Shown here piece by piece: positions 22,415 through 31,646 of a DNA stretch of 64,000 nucleotides. The notes below the pieces were generated by a model, which saw only the letters and a list, made by a program, of their open reading frames with translations, had not been told where the DNA came from and ran no database searches. The stretch's first letter is position 1. Every line of letters begins with the position of its first letter. The DNA is from an uncultured Thalassobacter sp. (lineage in GTDB: Bacteria; Pseudomonadota; Alphaproteobacteria; Rhodobacterales; Rhodobacteraceae). The stretch spans positions 9,430-73,429 of the forward strand of contig CAWUJT010000001.1 of the NCBI GenBank assembly GCA_963922715.1. The letters run 5' to 3'. The translations under genes were made by a program, and so were the position numbers.

Positions 22415-23248
22415 ATGAATATGAACAATCCGGACGATGCTTATCATTTTGGGGTTGTGCGCAGGGCAATCGAGATCATTGATGCCTCTGAAGGCTCTGG
22501 ACCCTCTTTAGAGGCCTTAGCCCAGGCAATGGCCATGAGCCCCGCGCATTTACAGCGCGTGTTCAGTCGTTGGGCAGGTTTAAGTCCAAAGAAATATAGC
22601 CAATATCTTGCCCTCGATCATGCGAAAACGCTTTTGCGGGAAAACTTCACCACGCTGGATGTCGCAGATATGACCGGCTTTTCCGGCACCGGACGCCTGC
22701 ATGACCTCTTTCTCAGATGGGAAGCCATGAGCCCTGGCACCTATGCTGTGAAAGGAGAGGGCCTGACGATCTTTTGGGAATGGTTTCCAAGCCCCTTTGG
22801 TGAGGCGCTTGTGATGGGGACGGAAAAGGGCCTTTGCGGGATTGGTTTTGCCGAAGAAATGGGTCGTGAGGCAACGTTTGCAGATCTCAGTAGCCGCTGG
22901 CCAAAGGCGCAGTTTGTGGAAGATACTGATATGTTGAAACCTTGGACGGATGCGGCTTTCGGACGTCAAACGGGGGAGGCAAAGCTTTATCTTATCGGGG
23001 CACCTTTTCAGATTAAAGTCTGGGAGGCTTTGCTCAATATCCCCACGGGGCAGGTGACGACCTACTCGGAAATTGCCCGCGTTGTGGGGCACCCCCGTGC
23101 CGTTCGGGCCGTCGGCACAGCGGTGGGCCGCAATCCGATCTCTTGGCTTATTCCGTGTCACCGCGCTTTGCGCAAATCAGGTGGTTTGGGGGGCTACCAT
23201 TGGGGGCTGCCCGTGAAACGCGCTATGCTGGCTTGGGAGGCGGGATAA
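22415..23248 (+). CDS. AraC-type HTH domain fused to methylated-DNA--protein-cysteine methyltransferase (Ada/Ogt-like)
   Basis: The N-terminal HTH is LEALAQAMAMSPAHLQRVFSRWAGLSPKKY. The C-terminal MGMT domain carries the active site IPCHRAL. The gene is divergent from nth. Confidence 0.85.
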   Translation: MNMNNPDDAYHFGVVRRAIEIIDASEGSGPSLEALAQAMAMSPAHLQRVFSRWAGLSPKKYSQYLALDHAKTLLRENFTTLDVADMTGFSGTGRLHDLFLRWEAMSPGTYAVKGEGLTIFWEWFPSPFGEALVMGTEKGLCGIGFAEEMGREATFADLSSRWPKAQFVEDTDMLKPWTDAAFGRQTGEAKLYLIGAPFQIKVWEALLNIPTGQVTTYSEIARVVGHPRAVRAVGTAVGRNPISWLIPCHRALRKSGGLGGYHWGLPVKRAMLAWEAG

Positions 23249-23374
23249 CATGCGGGGTGCTTCATAGCTCTGGTTTTTCGGAGTTTGGCACGCAAGACTT
23301 ATGCGATCCCTCGTGCGCTTGATTGATATGTGTGGCTCTCTTATGAACAAAAGGTGTATAGGGAGGGAAAGTGC

Positions 23375-24043
23375 ATGAAAGCTGCTGTTCTCGTTTTTCC
23401 AGGCTCGAATTGTGATCGCGATCTTGCGGTGTCTTTAAAAGCATCTGGTATGGATGTGACGATGGTTTGGCATAAGGAAACAGCTTTGCCAGAGGGCACT
23501 GATCTTGTGGCTGTGCCCGGGGGGTTTTCCTACGGAGATTATTTGCGGTGCGGCGCTATCGCGGCCCAAAGTCCGATTTCCAGAGCTTTGCATGAACATG
23601 TCAAACGCGGTGGGTACGGTCTTGGCATTTGCAACGGATTTCAAATCCTTACCGAGCTTGGCGTTTTGCCCGGGGCGCTCCTGCGGAACGCCAATTTGAA
23701 ATATGTGTGCAAATCCATTTCCCTGAAAGTCGAAACAAATCAAAGTATTTTCACCCAGAACTACCAGCCAGGTGCAGAAATTGTGATCCCCGTTGCCCAT
23801 CATGATGGAAATTATACAACGGACAGCCAGACGCTTGCGCGCCTGAAAGACGAAGATCGTATTGCATTCACCTACATCGACAATCCCAATGGCTCTTTAG
23901 AAAATATTGCTGGCATTCTTTCTGATAGCCGCCGCATCCTTGGTATGATGCCCCACCCTGAGCGTTATGCCGATGTCGCCCTTGGAGGTATGGACGGTAC
24001 AGCTCTCTTTCAAAGTATCGTCCAAGGACTGGTCATGGCTTGA
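23375..24043 (+). CDS. purQ: Phosphoribosylformylglycinamidine synthase subunit PurQ (glutaminase)
   Basis: [16 protein letters not shown], the catalytic Cys in GICNGFQIL, and MMPHPER are present. GGGAGGG lies 8 nt upstream of the ATG at 23375. Confidence 0.94.
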   Translation: MKAAVLVFPGSNCDRDLAVSLKASGMDVTMVWHKETALPEGTDLVAVPGGFSYGDYLRCGAIAAQSPISRALHEHVKRGGYGLGICNGFQILTELGVLPGALLRNANLKYVCKSISLKVETNQSIFTQNYQPGAEIVIPVAHHDGNYTTDSQTLARLKDEDRIAFTYIDNPNGSLENIAGILSDSRRILGMMPHPERYADVALGGMDGTALFQSIVQGLVMA

Positions 24044-24073
24044 GAAGAAGGCATGTCCAGAGTAAACTAAGTT

Positions 24074-25837
24074 ATGTCGGGAAAATTGATCACTGCGGTT
24101 TCTGAACCTAGGCCACGGCTCTCTTGGGCCATGCGGGGTATTGTACTGGCGATTGCAGCTTTAGCCATCAGTGTGATTTGGATTACGAACAGTTTCCTAA
24201 CGGAACGGTTCACAGAAACAACAAGACAACGTGCAGAGCTGCGTCAAGCTCTCTATGCAGGTTTCGTTCTGTCAGAGTTGCAGCGCAATTCCGTTGTGCC
24301 GCTTTTGCTGTCTCGTGATCCCATAATGATTGCCGCACTGAGATCACAAGATTTTTCAAACACATCCCAACGTCTGATAGAATACCGAGAGGAAATTGGC
24401 GCAGCATCCTTAGTCTTGATAGATACGCAAGGGCGTGTTGTGGCGGCCACAGATCGCGAAATTTTAGGCGAGACGCATCGAAATAAGCCCTATGTTATAG
24501 AGGCTCTGCGCTCTGAAGACACTGTATTTACCATCAGCCCAATTGATCCAGGCGCTTTTGAATTTGGGTTTTCTCGGGCAATTCGGGATGGCAGCCGCGC
24601 CCTTGGTGTTATTCAAGTCGCTGTTGATCTTGCAAAATTCGAAGCGCGCTGGCGCGGCGCTTCTGAAGCGATTGTGATCACCGACTCAACAGGAAATATC
24701 ATTTTGTCAACAGAGCCAAACTGGCGCGGACATGATATCGAAGCGGCTTTGACAGAAGTTTCTGCCCCTTCTGCAATAGCCCGTGCGATTGAAGCAACGG
24801 GAAATTGGATCTCCTATGTTGACACAGGCTATTTTACTGGCACAGCTATCATTCAATCAGAGGCGCGGATTCCGTTTCGTGGATGGCGCATGATCTCATT
24901 TACATCCTATGCCTCGGTACGTGAACGGGTAAACGGCATATTGGCCTTGGAAATCATGGGATTTGCGCTTTTACTTTCGATCGCGTTTTACATTCATACA
25001 AGGCGCACACAATTACGGAATTTATTGTTTCAAAAAGAAAGTGCAGAATTGCGTCATCTTAATGCGCGTCTTAGCCAAGAAATCGCTGAACGCGAACGTA
25101 TGCAGGAAACATTAAAAGAAGCAGAGTTGAGTTTGGCGCAAAGTTCAAAACTTGCCGCACTTGGAGAGATGTCTGCCGCTGTTAGCCACGAACTGAACCA
25201 ACCCCTTGCCGCTATGAAGACGTATCTTGCTGGTGCGAAGTTGTTACTACGACGTCAACGGGTTGAAGAAGCACTTTCGAGCTTTCAACGTGTTGACGAT
25301 CTGATTGAACGTATGGGGGCAATCACAAAGCAACTGAAAAGCTATGCCAGAAAAGGCGGCGATGATTTTGCGCCTGTTGATCTTCGGGAAGTTCTCTCTG
25401 TTTCTCTGACGATGATGGAACCACAGCTGAGATCGCATTCTGTAAGTGTGTCACAAATTACCCCTGATTACCCTGTTCTCGTCATGGCGGATAAACTGCG
25501 GCTTGAGCAAGTTCTGATTAATTTGATCCGAAACGGCATTGATGCGATGAAAGGAACCGGCCGACCTGCGCTTGATATTATTCTGGCTACGGGGGCGCAA
25601 GCTGTGTTGAGTTTACGGGATAATGGTCCGGGCATCGAGAATCTTGATGTACTCTTTGAGCCCTTTTACACAACGAAAAAACCAGGAGAGGGTCTTGGCC
25701 TAGGGTTGGCCATCTCTTCTGGTATTATTAACGACTTGGGCGGGCGGCTTTCCGCGCGGAATTCAACTCAAGGCGGTGCAGTATTTGAGATACGTTTGCC
25801 AATATTGCAGACTGAACAACTTACGGCCGCTGAGTGA
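24074..25837 (+). CDS. DctB-like sensor histidine kinase (two TM segments flanking a large periplasmic sensor domain)
   Basis: A 587-aa ORF with H-box SHELNQPLAA, N-box LINLIRNGIDAM, G1 DNGPGI and G2 GEGLGLGLAIS. The overall architecture resembles C4-dicarboxylate sensor kinases. Confidence 0.85.
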   Translation: MSGKLITAVSEPRPRLSWAMRGIVLAIAALAISVIWITNSFLTERFTETTRQRAELRQALYAGFVLSELQRNSVVPLLLSRDPIMIAALRSQDFSNTSQRLIEYREEIGAASLVLIDTQGRVVAATDREILGETHRNKPYVIEALRSEDTVFTISPIDPGAFEFGFSRAIRDGSRALGVIQVAVDLAKFEARWRGASEAIVITDSTGNIILSTEPNWRGHDIEAALTEVSAPSAIARAIEATGNWISYVDTGYFTGTAIIQSEARIPFRGWRMISFTSYASVRERVNGILALEIMGFALLLSIAFYIHTRRTQLRNLLFQKESAELRHLNARLSQEIAERERMQETLKEAELSLAQSSKLAALGEMSAAVSHELNQPLAAMKTYLAGAKLLLRRQRVEEALSSFQRVDDLIERMGAITKQLKSYARKGGDDFAPVDLREVLSVSLTMMEPQLRSHSVSVSQITPDYPVLVMADKLRLEQVLINLIRNGIDAMKGTGRPALDIILATGAQAVLSLRDNGPGIENLDVLFEPFYTTKKPGEGLGLGLAISSGIINDLGGRLSARNSTQGGAVFEIRLPILQTEQLTAAE

Positions 25838-25866
25838 TTGGACAAAGCAAATGAAAAGAGAGGTCT

Positions 25867-27207
25867 ATGACTCGATCTACTAAATCTGCTGGAAAGATCG
25901 CAATTGTTGATGATGAACAAGATATGCGGCAATCCATTAGCCAATGGTTGTCCTTGTCTGGGCATGAAACAGAAACATACGCGAGTGCTGAAGATGCCTT
26001 GATGCAAATAGGCCCAAATTATCCTGGCATCGTCATATCTGATATCAAGATGCCTGGTATAGATGGGATAACATTTCTGCGTCGCTTGATGGGGCTCGAT
26101 TCTAGTTTGCCAGTTATTCTAATCACGGGACATGGTGATGTGGCTATGGCTGTGGAAGCCATGCGCATAGGCGCATATGATTTCTTGGAAAAACCCTTCA
26201 ACCCTGACCGTATGTCAGAGATTGCGCGACGCGCCCTAACCACACGTCGCTTAACACTCGATAACCGTATGCTCCGGCGAGAACTTTCCGATGGTACGGC
26301 GCTCATGCGAAAACTAATTGGATCCTCAGCAGTCATGGAGCGACTACGAGAGGATATCTTGGATTTGGGCCAGGCTGATAGCCATGTTTTAATCACTGGA
26401 GAAGCAGGTACAGGAAAAACCCTTGTTGCGCAGGCATTGCATGCCGTTGGGGCGCGTCAAGGAAAGCGTTTGGTGAGCTTATCGTGTGCAGCTTTTGACA
26501 TAAAGACATTAGATGCGGCTCTTTTCAAAGGTATTAGAAACGATATTGCCATGGTGGAACAAGCGCGTGGCGGAACGCTCGTTATTGAAGATATAGAGGC
26601 AATGCCCGCTGATATTCAGGCAAAATTTCTTACATTTCTGAATGATCTCGACGCTTCTTCAGAAATCCGTGTTGTGGCAATTTTTAATGGGATGGGCAGT
26701 GAGAAAACATGTGAAGAGATACTAAGACCTGATCTTTACTATCGTCTTGCTGGATTAAATCTCACTGTACCTCCATTGCGTGAGAGAGGGGAAGACATAC
26801 TCACCCTATTTACGCATTTTGCAGATCAGTTTGCTGAAGATTATGGGACGGATGCTCCTCAGATCACGGCAATCGAGGCTGCCCAACTTTTGCAAGCGGC
26901 TTGGCCAGGTAATGTGCGCCAATTGATAAACCTTGCGGAACGTTCCGTTCTTCAAAAACGGCGTGGGGTGGGATCGATTACGGTACTGCTTGATGAAAAC
27001 ACAGGCGCTCTTTCCTCTGTCCCACTGACAACACAAGGCAAGCCTTTAAAGGAATATGTAGATGCTTTTGAGCGTATGCTGATTGAAAATACAATGCGCC
27101 GTCATCGTGGCTCTATTGCGGGGGTTATGGAAGAATTAAGTCTGCCAAGGCGCACGCTGAATGAAAAAATGGCAAAATATGGCTTGAGCCGTGGAAATTA
27201 CCTTTGA
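25867..27207 (+). CDS. DctD/NtrC-family response regulator (REC + AAA+ + Fis-type HTH) that lacks the GAFTGA sigma-54 contact motif
   Basis: The REC domain has VISDIKMPGIDG and Walker A is GEAGTGKT. The HTH is SLPRRTLNEKMAKYGL. The region between ALF and GGTLVIEDI is 8 residues shorter than in canonical DctD and contains no GAFTGA. Confidence 0.85.
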   Translation: MTRSTKSAGKIAIVDDEQDMRQSISQWLSLSGHETETYASAEDALMQIGPNYPGIVISDIKMPGIDGITFLRRLMGLDSSLPVILITGHGDVAMAVEAMRIGAYDFLEKPFNPDRMSEIARRALTTRRLTLDNRMLRRELSDGTALMRKLIGSSAVMERLREDILDLGQADSHVLITGEAGTGKTLVAQALHAVGARQGKRLVSLSCAAFDIKTLDAALFKGIRNDIAMVEQARGGTLVIEDIEAMPADIQAKFLTFLNDLDASSEIRVVAIFNGMGSEKTCEEILRPDLYYRLAGLNLTVPPLRERGEDILTLFTHFADQFAEDYGTDAPQITAIEAAQLLQAAWPGNVRQLINLAERSVLQKRRGVGSITVLLDENTGALSSVPLTTQGKPLKEYVDAFERMLIENTMRRHRGSIAGVMEELSLPRRTLNEKMAKYGLSRGNYL

Positions 27208-27620
27208 TCGCCCCCAAGACTTTGAAAGTATTTGCATGGCAAGTATTTCAGGCGTAAGTTAAGATAACTATTTAACACAAATATGAAAAGTAAGACTAAA
27301 AATAATGTCCTGGGCAATTCAAGATTAAATAGAAACTTTTTGAATTGCCTGGCAGATATGGGCTTTGCCCTAGATTTTTGCGCTATGGTTGTCATGCAAC
27401 CCATCGCAAAGCAGAGTAGATATGTAAAAGTATCAGAAAGTAAACGCAATGACGCTTATGTTTGCAAGTTTTGCCGATAACTATTGGCAGTGCCAGTTCG
27501 AAAACTGCGTCAGAAAACAAAGAATACATCCCTCAAGGTTTGGCCGTTTCAAAGACACATGTAATCGATTTGATTATTGCATGCAGTTCTGTCACCGGCA
27601 GCCTGGGATAGAAAGAGACA

Positions 27621-30239
27621 ATGGCAAAGAAAATGCTTATAGATGCTACACATCCCGAAGAGACGCGGGTTGTGGTAGCCGATGGAAACAAAGTCGACGA
27701 GTTTGATTTTGAAACTATTAATAAACGCCAGCTTGTTGGGAATATTTATCTGGCAAAAGTCACGCGTGTAGAGCCGTCTCTACAAGCAGCATTTGTGGAT
27801 TATGGAGGAAACCGCCATGGATTTTTGGCGTTTTCTGAAATACATCCCGATTACTATCAAATTCCCAAAGCGGATCGAGATGCGCTTTTGGCAGAAGAAA
27901 TCGCGGAAGCCGAGGCTTCAAAACCCGAAGAGCATACTCAGTCAGGCGAAGGCGACGTTTCAAATAAGTCAGACCATCGTGGCGACGAAGACGTCAATCT
28001 AGAAGTACAAAATAAAAAAGAAGCTGGCACAGAGAACGACGTTTCCGCTGATACAGCAAATGGCGCAAAGGCTCACAATGTTCCTGCAGATACAGGACTT
28101 GGTGATAGTACAATTACACAAGACCCAGAAACCAGTATTGACGTTTCATCAGGCCTTGAAATCGGAGCTTCAGATGAACAGCTGAGCAAAAATCTCACAA
28201 AACCTGATACTATTCTAGGAATGGATATTGTTGAAATCGTTGAAGACTCACACGAAAGTATCGAGTTTTCCGAAGAAAACGCGCAATCTAAAAATATAGA
28301 TGAGCCTGCAGAGGATTTGATAGATGAAGTATCCGCAGATGACCTGGACCAAGATGAAATACGTCCTGTGCGCCGTTTGCGGACACGTCGATACAAAATT
28401 CAAGAAGTTATAAAAGTTCGGCAAATCATGTTGATTCAAGTCGTCAAAGAAGAGCGTGGAAACAAGGGTGCGGCGCTTACAACATATCTCAGCCTTGCGG
28501 GACGATACTGTGTACTTATGCCCAACACGGCGCGGGGTGGGGGCATCAGCCGCAAAATCACCCACGCTTCTGATCGAAAGAAACTCAAAGAAATTGCTGC
28601 AGACATCGATGTGCCAAAAGATGTGGGCCTGATTATTCGTACAGCAGGCGCAAAACGCTCCAAAACAGAGATTAAACGTGATTATGAATATCTACAGCGT
28701 CAATGGGAGCAGATCAGAGACTTAACGCTCAAGTCTATTGCACCTGCGCCAATATATGAAGAAGGGGATCTTATCAGACGTTCTATTCGCGATCTTTATA
28801 CACGCGAAATCGATGAAGTTTTGGTCGAAGGTGAAACAGGATATCGCCAAGCTAAAGATTTCATGAAAATGATCATGCCATCGCATGCTAAAAATGTGAA
28901 ACCGTATACGGAAAGAATGCCTCTTTTTACCCGCTATCAAGTTGAAAGTTATCTTTCCGATATGTTTAATCCGAGAGTCCAACTGAGATCAGGTGGGTAT
29001 ATTGTCATTGATGTGACAGAAGCGCTTGTTGCCATTGATGTAAATTCTGGAAAGGCCACGAAACAAGGCTCGATTGAAGAAACTGCTCTAAAGACAAATC
29101 TCGAAGCGGCTGTAGAAGTTGCGCGTCAACTACGTCTTAGGGATCTTGCTGGGTTAATCATTATTGATTTTATAGATATGGATGAGAGACGCAATAATAC
29201 GGCTGTCGAGAAACGTATTAAAGAAGCTCTTCAAACAGATCGTGCGCGGATTCAAGTCGGTCGTATTTCAGGCTTTGGGCTCATGGAAATGTCACGTCAA
29301 CGCTTGCGCCCGGGTATGATTGAAGCAACCACCCAGTCCTGTCCTGCCTGCCATGGAACGGGTTTGGTGCGCTCTGGTGACAGTATTGCTCTGCAAATCT
29401 TGCGTACATTAGAAGAAGAGGGCACACGTGGACAAACCGATGAAATCGTTTTAAAAGTGCCAGTCCAAGTTGCTAATTTTATTATCAACCAAAAACGAGC
29501 GCATTTAACGCAGATCGAAGAACGCTATAAAATAGCTGTGAGCATTGTTGCTGACCCTCATTTGGTTGTGCCAGATTACGAGATGGAAAAAATAAAGAAT
29601 ACCAGCCGTATATCTTCTAAACAAAGCCCATCAATCGTTTCTGTTGACAGTTCATTTATTGACGACACTCGAGAACAAAACACAGATCTTGAAGAAGAAG
29701 TTGCAGAAGGAACCGAAGAAGAGAAAACCAAACCACGACGTCGTAGGCGATCGCGTCGTCGCGGAAAAGCAACGACTGAGCTGGTTGAAAATTCTGATAC
29801 AAATAATACCGATAAAAAAGATACGGCCAATTCAACCGATGAAGAAATTCAAATTGCGGCAGACAAAAATCCAGCGGAAAAGAGCAGTTCTACTAGACCC
29901 AAACGCCGGCGTAATAAAAAACCTCAGCATATTGATGATAAAACAGAAACAGAAGTTTCTAAATCTGCCCAATTAAACGCTGCGTCTGACAGTGACGCGC
30001 CTGATGTTCAATCCAAAAATATGGAAAATGTTTCTCAGGGGTTGACCGTCACACAGTCCAAATCAAAGCCGCGCCAACGCGCAAAAGCGCCAGCCACAGA
30101 AGATATATCAGATATTGCATTATCACAGATAGAATCTCCCCCTCAAACTCACCAACAGGATATCTCATCTAATGATACACGTACGAAAGTGTCGAACGAA
30201 GAACCAAAAGCGAAACGTCTAGGCTGGTGGCGGCGGTAA
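27621..30239 (+). CDS. rne: Ribonuclease E
   Basis: An 872-aa ORF starting MAKKMLIDATHPEETRVVVADGNKVDEFDFE. The S1 domain is interrupted by a ~190-aa acidic insert. The catalytic core has VAIDVNSGKAT and the Zn-link CPACHGTG. An Arg-rich segment KPRRRRRSRRRGK is present, and the protein ends LGWWRR. Confidence 0.96.
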   Translation: MAKKMLIDATHPEETRVVVADGNKVDEFDFETINKRQLVGNIYLAKVTRVEPSLQAAFVDYGGNRHGFLAFSEIHPDYYQIPKADRDALLAEEIAEAEASKPEEHTQSGEGDVSNKSDHRGDEDVNLEVQNKKEAGTENDVSADTANGAKAHNVPADTGLGDSTITQDPETSIDVSSGLEIGASDEQLSKNLTKPDTILGMDIVEIVEDSHESIEFSEENAQSKNIDEPAEDLIDEVSADDLDQDEIRPVRRLRTRRYKIQEVIKVRQIMLIQVVKEERGNKGAALTTYLSLAGRYCVLMPNTARGGGISRKITHASDRKKLKEIAADIDVPKDVGLIIRTAGAKRSKTEIKRDYEYLQRQWEQIRDLTLKSIAPAPIYEEGDLIRRSIRDLYTREIDEVLVEGETGYRQAKDFMKMIMPSHAKNVKPYTERMPLFTRYQVESYLSDMFNPRVQLRSGGYIVIDVTEALVAIDVNSGKATKQGSIEETALKTNLEAAVEVARQLRLRDLAGLIIIDFIDMDERRNNTAVEKRIKEALQTDRARIQVGRISGFGLMEMSRQRLRPGMIEATTQSCPACHGTGLVRSGDSIALQILRTLEEEGTRGQTDEIVLKVPVQVANFIINQKRAHLTQIEERYKIAVSIVADPHLVVPDYEMEKIKNTSRISSKQSPSIVSVDSSFIDDTREQNTDLEEEVAEGTEEEKTKPRRRRRSRRRGKATTELVENSDTNNTDKKDTANSTDEEIQIAADKNPAEKSSSTRPKRRRNKKPQHIDDKTETEVSKSAQLNAASDSDAPDVQSKNMENVSQGLTVTQSKSKPRQRAKAPATEDISDIALSQIESPPQTHQQDISSNDTRTKVSNEEPKAKRLGWWRR

Positions 30240-30437
30240 GATTTTAAAATGTTATATGACTGACATAAAATCTCTATACGCCTTAAATCATAAATTCTCC
30301 GAATTGTCGTGTATGTTTTGAATATGACACTCTACAAATGACTTCTGTGCGACATGAATGTTGGCTTCATCAAACGTTGTGTTTAATGTTCATTAAAAGA
30401 CGGTAAAATTATTTCTAGTCTTACAAGGCTGAGCAGT

Positions 30438-31643
30438 ATGGTTGCATTAGATCTCAAACAGGACGCTAAATTTTCCCAACCCACCCGCCAGATCATCTCA
30501 ATGATCCTTGTACTGCTGTCGGTTGGAGCGGGGCTTTACGTTGCTTATCCAACTCTTGAAACTGTTTTTGAAGCGAACCCATACCTAAACGGTTTGATCG
30601 TCGTTGTATTTATTCTTGGTGTTATCGCTTGTTTCTGGCAAGTTATTCAATTGTTTTCATCTGTGGTCTGGATTGAAGCTTTTGCGCAAGATCGTATTGG
30701 CTTTGACTTAACGAAGGTTCCAAGCCTTCTTGCCACATTGTCAGGAGTGAAGCGTAGGCGCGGAACTTACTTTCAGATGAACACAAGTTCCGCTCGTTCG
30801 ATACTCGACTCTGTTGCACAGCGTATGGAAGAGGCGCGCGATATAACCCGGTACATCATCAATTTATTGATTTTTCTTGGTCTCTTAGGAACATTTTATG
30901 GGCTCGCCACAACGGTTCCGGCGGTCGTTGACACAATTCGTTCGCTAGAACCTGACGCGGATGAGCAAGGTATGGCTGTATTTGGGCGTTTGATTGGTGG
31001 GTTAGAAGATCAGCTTTCAGGCATGGGAACAGCTTTTGCTTCATCCCTTTTAGGATTGGCTGGTTCGCTTATTGTAGGCTTGCTTGAACTTTTTGCGGGC
31101 CACGGACAAAATCGCTTTTATCGGGAACTTGAAGAATGGCTTAGTTCAATAACCCGCATTGGGATCATTTCAGGTGAAGGCGAAGATACACTGGACAAGT
31201 ATTCCATCGCAACCGTGATTGATCACATGAATTATCAGATTGAACAGCTTCAGGAAGTGGTGGTAAAATCAGAAGCTGCACGTACAAAATCTGATGAAAA
31301 CTTGGCAGAACTTACAGACGCTGTCGGCAGAATTAGCACTCAAATCAGTACATGGGGCTCTTTGACCAAAGCAATGGAACGCGTTGCACATGGTCAAGAA
31401 AACATTGTCTCCGTTCTTCAAACCACCGGTGGGAAGGAAGGCGGTCTTGATGCAGAAAGCCGTATGAGGATACGGTCCATTGATGTCCAGCTTCTCAAAA
31501 TTTTTGAAGAAATGGCATCTGGGCGCCTGCATGCAATAGATGAAATACGTGGAGAAATGAGCGATCTGACCCGTAGCTTGAATCAACTGACACGTCTGGC
31601 GCGCGCAAGCCAAATGAAGGCCAGTGCTGAGCTAGAGGAGTAA
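30438..31643 (+). CDS. MotA/TolQ/ExbB-type proton-channel family protein with a ~180-aa C-terminal helical extension
   Basis: A 401-aa ORF with four predicted TM segments. The last two (LLIFLGLLGTFYGLATTVPAV and GMGTAFASSLLGLAGSLIVGLLELF) carry the MotA_ExbB signature. The tail is rich in E, Q, L and R. Confidence 0.75.
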   Translation: MVALDLKQDAKFSQPTRQIISMILVLLSVGAGLYVAYPTLETVFEANPYLNGLIVVVFILGVIACFWQVIQLFSSVVWIEAFAQDRIGFDLTKVPSLLATLSGVKRRRGTYFQMNTSSARSILDSVAQRMEEARDITRYIINLLIFLGLLGTFYGLATTVPAVVDTIRSLEPDADEQGMAVFGRLIGGLEDQLSGMGTAFASSLLGLAGSLIVGLLELFAGHGQNRFYRELEEWLSSITRIGIISGEGEDTLDKYSIATVIDHMNYQIEQLQEVVVKSEAARTKSDENLAELTDAVGRISTQISTWGSLTKAMERVAHGQENIVSVLQTTGGKEGGLDAESRMRIRSIDVQLLKIFEEMASGRLHAIDEIRGEMSDLTRSLNQLTRLARASQMKASAELEE

Positions 31644-31646
31644 GTT

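Noticed and set aside
27283-27480. 65-aa ORF in the rne leader (and 27449-27706)
   Set aside because: There is no Shine-Dalgarno sequence, and the product is AT-rich and stop-prone with unusual composition. It is more consistent with an untranslated leader.
30383-30396. TTAA-N6-TTAA upstream of the MotA-like gene as a possible CtrA box
   Set aside because: The spacer is 6 nt, not the 7 nt required by the CtrA consensus. In AT-rich DNA such a near-match is expected by chance.
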